Source: a candidate division FCPU426 bacterium (GTDB lineage Bacteria > Oederibacteriota > PGYV01 > Palsa-1178). From it: DNA of 64,000 bases. The stretch lies in the NCBI GenBank assembly GCA_963840035.1, contig CAWIXE010000002.1, positions 544,001 through 608,000 of the forward strand, read 5' to 3'. Under the pieces are notes generated by a model. That model did not search any database. It saw nothing but the letters and a program-made list of their open reading frames with translations, and had not been told where the DNA came from. Within the stretch, counting starts at the first letter, position 1, and each line of letters starts with the position of its first letter. Made by a program: the position numbers and the translations under genes. Below are positions 50,584 through 59,197 of this stretch, piece by piece.

Positions 50584-52831
50584 ATGAGAAAAAAATTCAG
50601 GTTAAAGATCGCGTTTATAATTGTAATAATTTCATTTGCAGCTGTTTTAAACGCTGCCACCGCAAGTGCCGGAGTAACAGTTACGGCAAATGCCGCTATA
50701 TCCGGAAAGGTGATGGTGCTTGGCGCTTCGGATGCCATTGAAGGGGCCATTATCAGCTTAAACGGGGTGACTCAGAGCGCTGCAGTTACCGGACCGGACG
50801 GAAAGTACAGGTTTGAGCTGGCGACAGGGACAGCGGATGTCCGATGCACAGCCTATGGCTTTCAGGAAAGGGCGTTTCACACGGTTGTGGAGCCGGGCAA
50901 TGAATATGAAATGAATGTTTACCTGGACAGGGTGGATTTCATTTCTGACGCGGTGGTAGTGCGCGCAAAAAAAGATAAAAACGAAGTTATAAAAACAACG
51001 ATTGAGCGGGCGCAGCTTAAGAAAATTCCCGGGACTGCCGGCGACGCGCTCCGCGCGGTGCAGTCCATGCCGGGAGTCGCAGTAATGAGCGACTATTCAA
51101 GCGGGCTTGCCGTACAGGGAGGAGGCCCCGGGGACAATATGTATCTTTTAGACGGAATTCCGTGGCCTTATCCATTTCATTTTGGCGGGCTGCTTTCAAC
51201 GGTTTACTCAGGCCTGCTTTCATCCGTTGACCTGAACACGGCCGGATTTGGCGCGCAGTGGGGAAATATAATGGGCGCGGTGCTTGACGCAAAGACCAGG
51301 CCGGGCGCCAAAGACAGGTTCAGGGGTGATATAGACATAAGCATCATAACTTCACAGGCTCTTTTTGAGGCGCCTATCGGCCTGGGTGACGCTTCTGTTG
51401 CCGTATATGGCAGGAGAAGCTATATTGACCTTATTATCGGACAGGCAATGAAAACAGAAGGGTTTACAGCCTTCCCGTTTTTCTGGGATATTGGAGGGTC
51501 TCTTGATTTTACCCTGGGCAAGGACAACCATTTTAAAGCCATAGCACTTGCCACCGACGACATGCTAAAAATGTACGTGGACCCGGCGGAGAATACAGCA
51601 AGTTCCTATACCGGCGATTTTTCCATGGACAACGGCGCTTTTACGGGAGGCGCGAGCTGGTCAAATACATCTTTATCCGGACTTACATCGAAATTAACGG
51701 CATATTACTATAATCTTTTTGAAAAATCCGTTATTGGAAAAGATTTTAACATAAATTTGGGGCAGTCGGATTTCGGGCTAAAAGAAGAACTTGAATGGGA
51801 TGCGGGAAGTTTTATGGGGGTTGGGCATGCGATAGGGTTCGGCGCTGACGTGCAGCGCATACATGATGAGGCTGTTGTGAATCTTGCTTTTGACATAATC
51901 CACCATACAGCTGACCCGACTTCGACAAAAGTTGACGGCTGGCACACAAACCGCGGAGGATATCTGCAGGACAGGATGCGGCTGCTGCCCGGCCTTGACC
52001 TGACTGCCGGCATCCGGTATGACAAAAATGACAAAGTGGGGCGCGACACAACGCTTCCAAGAATATCACTTTCATGGCAGAGCGATGAAAAGACTCTCTG
52101 GAAGGCGGCGTGGGGAATTTACAGCCAGTTTCCGACAGATGTGCAGCTGAAATAACGTTTTCGGAAACCCGGCGCTTACCGCCAATATGGCTCAGCATGC
52201 CGTTTTCAGCGTGGAGAGAAAACTGACCAATGAGATTACAGCAAGGCTTGACGGGTATTATAAGTATTATACCGGCCTGGTGGGAAGCGATCCTGACACG
52301 GGCATGTATGACAATAATACTTCAGGAAGCGCGAAAGGCGCGGAAATATTCATAAAAGCGGATTATGGCGAAAAATTTTTCGCGTGGATATCATATGCGC
52401 TCTCAAAATCCGAGCGTTTAAAACCGTCGTTTGATAAGTGGGTGGCATACCAGTATGACCAGACTAATTTGCTCACGGCCGTGGCGAGCTATGGCATAAC
52501 GCCGGCGTGGTCAATAGGCGCAAAGCTGCATTACAATTCAGGCCCGCTTGTTAAAAAATTGCTGGGCAGTTATAAGGATGTAAATGACGAATGGCACGGC
52601 ATATTCTCTGATAATTATGACAAAAGGCTGGATGACTATTTAAGGCTGGATGTAAGGACGGATTATGCCTTCCGTTTTGAAGGCTGGAAGTTGAACATTT
52701 ATGTGGAACTGTTGAATGTATTAAACAGGAAAAATCCGAACCAGATAATGTATTCGGATGACTACAGCGAATCGCAGACAGTTAATAACCTGCCGTTTAT
52801 CCCGTATCTGGGGGTGGAGGCGGAATGGTGA
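50584..52831 (+). pseudogene. TonB-dependent receptor with a 1-nt frameshift at about 52150-52152
   Basis: Carboxypeptidase-like N-domain, plug (IPGTAGDALRAVQSMPGV) and barrel ending in W; removing one A in CTGAAATAA gives VQLNNVFGNPALTANMAQH and joins the two ORFs. Confidence 0.85.
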
Positions 52832-52885
52832 TAAACACAATTGAGGATTTACAATTGACGATTGTCGATTCTTGCGTGCGGAGTG

Positions 52886-52974
52886 GTAGCCGCAGCCTCC
52901 ATGTCCGTTGTAGCTTTCGCGGAGACGGATTAGGCTGCGTAACGGGGTACCGTAACCGGAAGGTTTGCGACTAC
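52886..52974. repeat. GTAGCCGCA-type REP pair, first copy with a 31-nt nested insert
   Basis: GTAGCCGCAGCCT[insert 52899-52929]TTAGGCTGCG, then an inverted degenerate copy ending GCGACTAC. Confidence 0.78.
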
Positions 52975-53006
52975 GAACGTAATTGTTTTCAATAAGGAGG
53001 TTAAAA

Positions 53007-53429
53007 ATGGACAACAGGTCATGGTGTGTTCCGTTAATACTTGTATTACTTCTTCTTATATTTCAGGGTTGTGCGGCTGCTGTTATAATGTCTGACGTTA
53101 AGACTGAAAAAACACCGGCTGCCGCCGGAGCGCAGATAAAACAGGAGCCGCTCCTTGATTCAGGGGCCATAGTAGTCAGGGCAAAAAGGCTTACAAGGCT
53201 CGAACGCAAGAAAAAGGAGGCTATAAGGATTAATAACAGGGATACATACGCCGTTTTGTTCGGAACTGCCGGAGCGCTGACGGCTTATACCGCGATGAAC
53301 GTTTATTACGCATCCAGAAATGAGCAGGGAAATCCTCTGGTGACATTTTGCGCTGTGGGAGCGGCGGCATATGCGGTAACAGCAATAGCAAACCTTATTT
53401 ATGATCTATTTGACGCTAAATTAAAATGA
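53007..53429 (+). CDS. Hypothetical lipoprotein/membrane protein
   Basis: AAGGAGG RBS; lipobox-like FQGC; two C-terminal hydrophobic helices. Confidence 0.72.
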   Translation: MDNRSWCVPLILVLLLLIFQGCAAAVIMSDVKTEKTPAAAGAQIKQEPLLDSGAIVVRAKRLTRLERKKKEAIRINNRDTYAVLFGTAGALTAYTAMNVYYASRNEQGNPLVTFCAVGAAAYAVTAIANLIYDLFDAKLK

Positions 53430-53539
53430 TTGATTCAGGTTGTATGCTGGCGTAAATAATGTTAAAATTTTATCTTCGTGAACGGGGTGATGCCTGTTTA
53501 ATGAAATATCTTCGTAAAATACACCGTAAAGAGGAATAA

Positions 53540-55144
53540 ATGAGCGTTTTAGATGAAATAAAAAAGAGAAAAACATTTGCAATCATAAGCCATCCTGACG
53601 CGGGTAAGACCACGCTTACGGAGAAATTTCTTTTGTTTGCCGACGCCATTCAGATGGCGGGAGCTGTTAAATCCAGCAAAATAAAGAAAACAACGGTCTC
53701 TGACTTCATGGAAATCGAGCGTCAGAGGGGCATATCCGTAACTTCGGCTGTCATGAGTTTTGAATACGGCGGCATGAAGATAAACCTGCTGGATACACCC
53801 GGCCATAAGGACTTTGCGGAAGACACATACAGGACCTTAACCGCCGTGGACAGCGTAATACTTGTTGTCGACAGCGTAAAGGGCGTGGAAGAGCAGACTG
53901 AAAAGCTCATGAATGTCTGCAGGATGCGCAATACGCCTGTAATGATATTTGTGAACAAACTTGACCGCGAGGGCAAAAATCCCATAGACCTGCTTGACGA
54001 ACTGGAAGACAAACTCAGCATCAAAACAACCCCGATGAGCTGGCCCATCAGCAGGGGCGCTTCTTTTAAAGGCGTATACCATTTATATAAAAGAGACCTT
54101 CATATTTTCAGGCCGCATGGAAAAGCTGACAGCGAAGAAACCCTTAAAGTAACCGATATAAAAAGCCCTGTAATAGATGAACATACAGGGGCGGACCTCG
54201 CGGCACAGCTGCGTGAAGATGTGGCTTTGGTGGACGGCGTATATCCGCCCTTTAACAGGGAATCGTATCTGTCCGGACATCAGGCGCCGGTGTTTTTTGG
54301 CAGCGCGCTGAATAATTTCGGGGTAAGGGAACTGCTTGAGACGTTTGTGGAGCTTGCTCCCGGGCCCGGCAGCATGGAGTCGGATATAAGAATGATAAAA
54401 CCCGAGGAGGAAACCTTCAGCGGGTTTGTATTCAAGATTCACGCCAATATAGACCCCAGGCACAGGGACAGGATAGCTTTCTTAAGGATTTGTTCGGGCA
54501 GGTTTGAGCGCAACAAGTTCTACCACCATGTGCGCCTGAATTCTGACGTGCGTTTTTCAAACCCAGCCAGTTTTCTCGGGCAGAAAAAGGATGTCATAGA
54601 CGAGGCTTTTCCCGGGGATGTCATAGGTTTATACGACAGGGATAAATTTAAGATAGGCGACACTATTACTGAAGGCGAAAATATCATGTTCAAGGGCATA
54701 CCTAAATTTTCACCCGAGATATTTAAAGAACTTGTGCATACTTCGCTTAAGGCAAAACAGCTAGAAAAAGGAATAAGGCAGCTGACAGATGAGGGCGTAG
54801 CACAGCTGTTTTTAATGAAAAATGACAATAAAAAAATCGTTGGAACCGTAGGCCAGCTTCAGTTTGACGTCATCCAGTACAGGCTGAAAAATGAATACGG
54901 CGCTGACTGCCGTTTTGAGCCGATAAACGCTAAAAAGGCATGCTGGTTCAAGTCGGATAACAAGGTTAAAATGGAAGAGTTCTGCCAGTACAAAGCAGAC
55001 AGGATAGGGTACGATAACGAGGAAAATCTGGTGTTCTTTGCCGAGTCGGAATGGGACCTGGGGTATTACGTTAAGAAATACCCGGAAATAAAATTTTATT
55101 TTACATCAGAGTTTAAGGATGAAACAGAAGTAAAAGCGTATTAA
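53540..55144 (+). CDS. prfC: Peptide chain release factor 3
   Basis: [25 protein letters not shown] and VGQLQFDV motifs. Confidence 0.97.
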   Translation: MSVLDEIKKRKTFAIISHPDAGKTTLTEKFLLFADAIQMAGAVKSSKIKKTTVSDFMEIERQRGISVTSAVMSFEYGGMKINLLDTPGHKDFAEDTYRTLTAVDSVILVVDSVKGVEEQTEKLMNVCRMRNTPVMIFVNKLDREGKNPIDLLDELEDKLSIKTTPMSWPISRGASFKGVYHLYKRDLHIFRPHGKADSEETLKVTDIKSPVIDEHTGADLAAQLREDVALVDGVYPPFNRESYLSGHQAPVFFGSALNNFGVRELLETFVELAPGPGSMESDIRMIKPEEETFSGFVFKIHANIDPRHRDRIAFLRICSGRFERNKFYHHVRLNSDVRFSNPASFLGQKKDVIDEAFPGDVIGLYDRDKFKIGDTITEGENIMFKGIPKFSPEIFKELVHTSLKAKQLEKGIRQLTDEGVAQLFLMKNDNKKIVGTVGQLQFDVIQYRLKNEYGADCRFEPINAKKACWFKSDNKVKMEEFCQYKADRIGYDNEENLVFFAESEWDLGYYVKKYPEIKFYFTSEFKDETEVKAY

Positions 55145-55231
55145 ATACGAGAAAAATCACGTCGCATTCACAATCTGTTTAAAAATACATTTTTAACATT
55201 ATATTATTTTTATAGGTGTGGTTTTGTTTTC

Positions 55232-55361
55232 GTAGGGGCGAGCCGGTGGCTCGCCCGGCCTTAGATTGTAATGCCGTGTCCATGCGAAATCCATAATTCA
55301 ACTCCTGTTTATACCCCGAGTCTAAGATCTAAAACCGGGCGAGCCACCGGCTCGCCCCTAC
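55232..55361. repeat. Inverted pair of family-A REPs
   Basis: 55232-55258 (+) and 55335-55361 (-). Confidence 0.9.
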
Positions 55362-55458
55362 GAAAACTTGAGCCTTTAACCACCCGCAATTTACCGCGCC
55401 CACTTGAGCCTTGGGCCTCCCAATCCTGCATATCTACAAATTATTGTTAAAATTATGC

Positions 55459-55500
55459 TTGACAAATATGTGATTACATTGTATGCTTTTAGTAATTACA
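55459..55500 (+). promoter_or_regulatory. Promoter with two GTRATTAC palindromic operator candidates
   Basis: TTGACA-17-TATGCT; TGTGATTACA (55469-55478) and AGTAATTACA (55491-55500). Confidence 0.68.
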
Positions 55501-55517
55501 GAATAAAGGAGGGTATT

Positions 55518-55931
55518 ATGAGACAGCAGGTTATTGACATTGGTAATTCGAAAGGCATCAGGATCCCGCAGGCTATTTTAAAACAGGTGGATTTCGGCGG
55601 GGAAATTGACATGGATGTATCGGACGGCAAGATTGTTTTGCGCAGGACGGTTAATAAGGATCAGGTTTTTGGTTTTGAGACGCTGTCCGAGATGGACGAC
55701 GCCAGCATCAAGAGGATGATAAAAAAGGTGAACACTTCTGACCTGGTTATCTCCTTAATTGACGCGGACAAGATGACTAAAGAGGCGGTTTACCGTAACT
55801 TATCAGAACCGGTAAAAGAGCACGTAAAAGTACGGGTCCACAAGCTGGAAAAGGGAAATGCCCGCGACCTCATCATTGAGAGAAGCAGAAACATGGTCAG
55901 CGAAGCGTTTGTGGAACTGCTGCGCGATTAA
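55518..55931 (+). CDS. AbrB/MazE-type DNA-binding domain fused to a FliG C-terminal-like domain
   Basis: IGNSKGIRIP (AbrB/MazE); FGFETLSEMDDASIKRMIKKV...DLVISL...VYRNLS (FliG_C pattern); AAGGAGG RBS. Confidence 0.75.
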   Translation: MRQQVIDIGNSKGIRIPQAILKQVDFGGEIDMDVSDGKIVLRRTVNKDQVFGFETLSEMDDASIKRMIKKVNTSDLVISLIDADKMTKEAVYRNLSEPVKEHVKVRVHKLEKGNARDLIIERSRNMVSEAFVELLRD

Positions 55932-55972
55932 TCAGTATTTTTGTAATTTAAAAGCGATCATAAGGAGAATAT

Positions 55973-56323
55973 ATGCATCAAATGTCTGATGTGATAAGTA
56001 CGGGTAAAATCCACCAATACTTTTTATTGCATAAAAAAAGAAAGGTCCTGAATGATGTGGACTGGACTGAGGCATTTGAATCACTCGGACATATGAGTTC
56101 CGCCGGTATTAAGGAAGTGTTGGAAAAAGTTGGTTTTGATGACATAATAATCGCTCTTGCCGGAACCACGCCTGCCGTTAAGGAGACTATCCTGGCACAA
56201 ATGCCTGACCGCTTAAGGCACGTAGCAGGGACTTGCGCATCCAGTATAGCTTTTTGTGATATTCCAAAAAAAACCATAATAAAGAGCATGCGCGTGGTGG
56301 TAGACGCGATGCTGTCAGCCTGA
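55973..56323 (+). CDS. Small FliG C-terminal-like protein
   Basis: FESLGHMSSAGIKEVLEKV...DIIIALAG...VKETILAQMPDR; AAGGAG RBS. Confidence 0.62.
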   Translation: MHQMSDVISTGKIHQYFLLHKKRKVLNDVDWTEAFESLGHMSSAGIKEVLEKVGFDDIIIALAGTTPAVKETILAQMPDRLRHVAGTCASSIAFCDIPKKTIIKSMRVVVDAMLSA

Positions 56324-56423
56324 AATATATAACCGTAAAACAAATTCCCGCACGCTCGAATCTCATAAAATCATAATTCGTACCCACGGCGTTACGCCAT
56401 AAGTGTCAGCGTCCTCAAACTGT

Positions 56424-56456
56424 TTCACAAATTGGGGTCTGACCCCGATTTGTGAA
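56424..56456. repeat. Palindrome with GGGGTCTGACCCC core
   Basis: TTCACAAATTGGGGTC-T-GACCCCGATTTGTGAA. Confidence 0.75.
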
Positions 56457-56497
56457 TTAGAACCGGGGCCGCACTTACTATACATCCAATAATTATG

Positions 56498-56526
56498 TTG
56501 ACACCCCATAATACTTCTTATAAAAT
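56498..56526 (+). promoter_or_regulatory. Sigma70-type promoter of the xylose genes
   Basis: TTGACA-17-TAAAAT. Confidence 0.7.
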
Positions 56527-56553
56527 TGTATGTATATTAATACGGAGGTACAC

Positions 56554-58041
56554 GTGAACCTAATCGGATATGATATTGGAAGTTCATCAATAAAAGGGAC
56601 TATCATTAACGCGCAGACCGGTAAAGTCATTGCGTCAGCGTTTTATCCCCATAAGGAAATGGAGATAATAGCAAAAAAGGCCGGATGGGCCGAGCAGGAC
56701 CCGGAACTCTGGTGGAAAAATCTCATATTAGTTACTTCCGCGCTGAAGAAAAAGGCGGGAAACGCCCTGAAAGAAATAAAGGCAGTCGGCATATCCTATC
56801 AAATGCATGGCCTGGTATGCGTTGATAAAAATCAAAAACCCTTAAGGCCTTCCATAATTTGGTGCGACAGCAGGGCGGTCATGCTTGGCGATAAAGCCGC
56901 TAAAAAAATTGGGGAAAATACATCCTTAAAACACCACTTAAACCTTCCCGGTAATTTTACCGCGGCAAAGCTAGCCTGGGTGAAGGAAAACAAACCCGCG
57001 ATTTATAATAAAATTTACAAAGTAATGCTGCCCGGGGATTATATTGCCATGAAGTTAAGCGGGGGCATAGCGACCAGCGACTCGGGGTTATCGGAAGGCA
57101 TATTCTGGGATTATCAGAAATCCGCTCCTTCAAAACTTATCCTTAGCGCGTTTGGAATTGATGAAAAGCTGCTCGCTGATTACGCGCCATGTTTTTCAAT
57201 ACGCGGTGAAGTATCCCGCGAAGCGTCTGCCGCGCTTGGAATCCCCGCCGGAGCCAAAATATCGTACAGGTCCGGGGACCAGCCCAATAACGCGTTTTCG
57301 CTAAACGTCCTTGAGCCCGGAGAACTTGCCGCGACCGCCGGGACATCGGGTGTTGTTTACGGCGTCTCGGATAAGCCTTCATATGACATTAAATCAAGGG
57401 TCAATACTTTTATACATGTAAATAATTCCAAGGGATATCCCAGATACGGAACACTGATGTGTTTAAACGGAACGGGAATACTTAACAGCTGGATGAAAAA
57501 GAACGTGGCAGGCGGGATTGATTACCCGGAAATGAACACTCTCGCCGCGGGTGTAAAGCCCGGTTCTGAAGGTGTTTTTATACATCCTTACGGCAACGGA
57601 GCTGAGAGGACGCTGGAAAACATGTGTCCCGGCGCGTCAATCACCGGATTAAGCCTGACAACGCATACGAAGGCGCACCTTATGAGGGCGTCGCAGGAAG
57701 GCATAGTATACGCGCTGAACTATGGCGTCGGCATCATGAAACAGATGGGGATAAAAGTGAAAAAGGTCAGGGCCGGTAACGCGAACATGTTCTTAAGCCC
57801 TGTATTCAGGGAAATATTCGCAGCGGTAACAGGCGCTGTAGTGGAACTTTACGACACTGACGGGTCGCAGGGCGCGGCGCGCGGCGCGGGAATTGGCGCG
57901 GGTATATATAAGGACAACAAAGACGCTTTTACCGGGCTTAAGGCGCTGAAAGTGATAACACCGGATAAGAAACTTGTAAAGTTTTATTCCGGGGCTTACG
58001 CGCGCTGGAAAGAAATGCTTGAGGATATGAAAAAGGCTTAA
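56554..58041 (+). CDS. xylB: FGGY-family sugar kinase, probably xylulokinase
   Basis: GYDIGSSSIK, AEQDP, QMHG, IIWCDSR, GDQ and AGTSGV motifs; GTG start after GGAGG. Confidence 0.85.
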   Translation: MNLIGYDIGSSSIKGTIINAQTGKVIASAFYPHKEMEIIAKKAGWAEQDPELWWKNLILVTSALKKKAGNALKEIKAVGISYQMHGLVCVDKNQKPLRPSIIWCDSRAVMLGDKAAKKIGENTSLKHHLNLPGNFTAAKLAWVKENKPAIYNKIYKVMLPGDYIAMKLSGGIATSDSGLSEGIFWDYQKSAPSKLILSAFGIDEKLLADYAPCFSIRGEVSREASAALGIPAGAKISYRSGDQPNNAFSLNVLEPGELAATAGTSGVVYGVSDKPSYDIKSRVNTFIHVNNSKGYPRYGTLMCLNGTGILNSWMKKNVAGGIDYPEMNTLAAGVKPGSEGVFIHPYGNGAERTLENMCPGASITGLSLTTHTKAHLMRASQEGIVYALNYGVGIMKQMGIKVKKVRAGNANMFLSPVFREIFAAVTGAVVELYDTDGSQGAARGAGIGAGIYKDNKDAFTGLKALKVITPDKKLVKFYSGAYARWKEMLEDMKKA

Positions 58042-58065
58042 ATGCCAAAATAACAGGAGGATGAA

Positions 58066-59190
58066 ATGGAAAAGAGTTTTCATTCAATTTGTAAGTGGAC
58101 TTTTAACGCGGGCAAAGGCGGTTTCGTGCCAAACAATATGAGGCCGGAATGGTCGGGAGATAACCTGGATACCGTGGGCATCATAAAAATCATAAAAGAC
58201 AAAGTGGCGCCAAGGCTTCCGAATAACGTCGTGCTTGGTTTTGAGGCGCATTACGACGGCGAATATAATGAAGACAACGCGGCTGATATAGCGGACGCGC
58301 TTGTTGACGCGGGAATGTACCTGGCTATGGCTACTCCGGGAGCTCACAGCAGGTTCGCGTACGGCGGGATATCGTCGCTTGACGCAAATGAAAGGGCGCG
58401 CGCGTGTGAGTTCGGGGAAAGATCGTTAAAACTGGTGTACGGCCCGCTTAAAAAAGCATGGCACCCGAAAAAGCAGCCTACGTTTGTCCTGTGGAACGGT
58501 TCTTTTGGATACGATGTAGCCACAGTGGGCATAGGGCGCATGTATAAGTATTTAAAGGAAAATGTGGCGGGACTCTGCAAGCTTGAAAAGAAATTAGGCG
58601 GCAAGATGATGCTGGCAATAGAGCCAAAACCAAACGAAGGCCATCCTGCTATGCTTCTGCCAACAGTGGCAAGCGCGATAATTTTCTGGAAAAAACTCGG
58701 AGAGGAATTCGGAATTGACGTAAAGCGCACCGGGGTTAACAAGGAATTCGGCCACTCGGAAATGATAGGCCTGGACCATGTTTATGATACAGTGGAGGAA
58801 ATAGACAATTCCATGCTTGTACACATGCACTTAAACAGCCAGGGTTATAACGACGGCATAATCATGGGCGGACCGGGAAAGTATGACATAGACAACGGAG
58901 CCAGGATTAACGGCATGAACATAGCCATTGCCGGGCTCATACAGGACGCCGGATATTCAAGGTGGAAGGGCCATGACATGCAGCCGCGCGCGTATGATAA
59001 TGAGGAGCAGGCCATAGACAGGGTTGTGCGCTCAGTCCTTTCGTGGGAAGCGTGCGAAACAGCAGCCAGGAATATTGATTACAAGAATCTTAATAAAGCG
59101 CTCAATAACCGCGAAACAGCAAAAGCTGAGGATGTCATGAGGCACGCGGTAGTCGACGCGCAGAAAATATTTGACCGGCTTTACAAGTAG
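58066..59190 (+). CDS. Xylose isomerase-family protein
   Basis: WTF, EPKPNE, NKEFGH, HLNSQ and YDID motifs; adjacent to xylB. Confidence 0.8.
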   Translation: MEKSFHSICKWTFNAGKGGFVPNNMRPEWSGDNLDTVGIIKIIKDKVAPRLPNNVVLGFEAHYDGEYNEDNAADIADALVDAGMYLAMATPGAHSRFAYGGISSLDANERARACEFGERSLKLVYGPLKKAWHPKKQPTFVLWNGSFGYDVATVGIGRMYKYLKENVAGLCKLEKKLGGKMMLAIEPKPNEGHPAMLLPTVASAIIFWKKLGEEFGIDVKRTGVNKEFGHSEMIGLDHVYDTVEEIDNSMLVHMHLNSQGYNDGIIMGGPGKYDIDNGARINGMNIAIAGLIQDAGYSRWKGHDMQPRAYDNEEQAIDRVVRSVLSWEACETAARNIDYKNLNKALNNRETAKAEDVMRHAVVDAQKIFDRLYK

Positions 59191-59197
59191 GCCCCGG

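Noticed and set aside
52870..52980. Riboswitch or ncRNA after the TonB-dependent receptor
   Set aside because: The structure is explained by a REP pair with a nested insert, and I recognise no riboswitch consensus
55404..55517. Upstream TTG start for the AbrB-FliG_C gene
   Set aside because: It overlaps the promoter; AAGGAGG precedes ATG 55518
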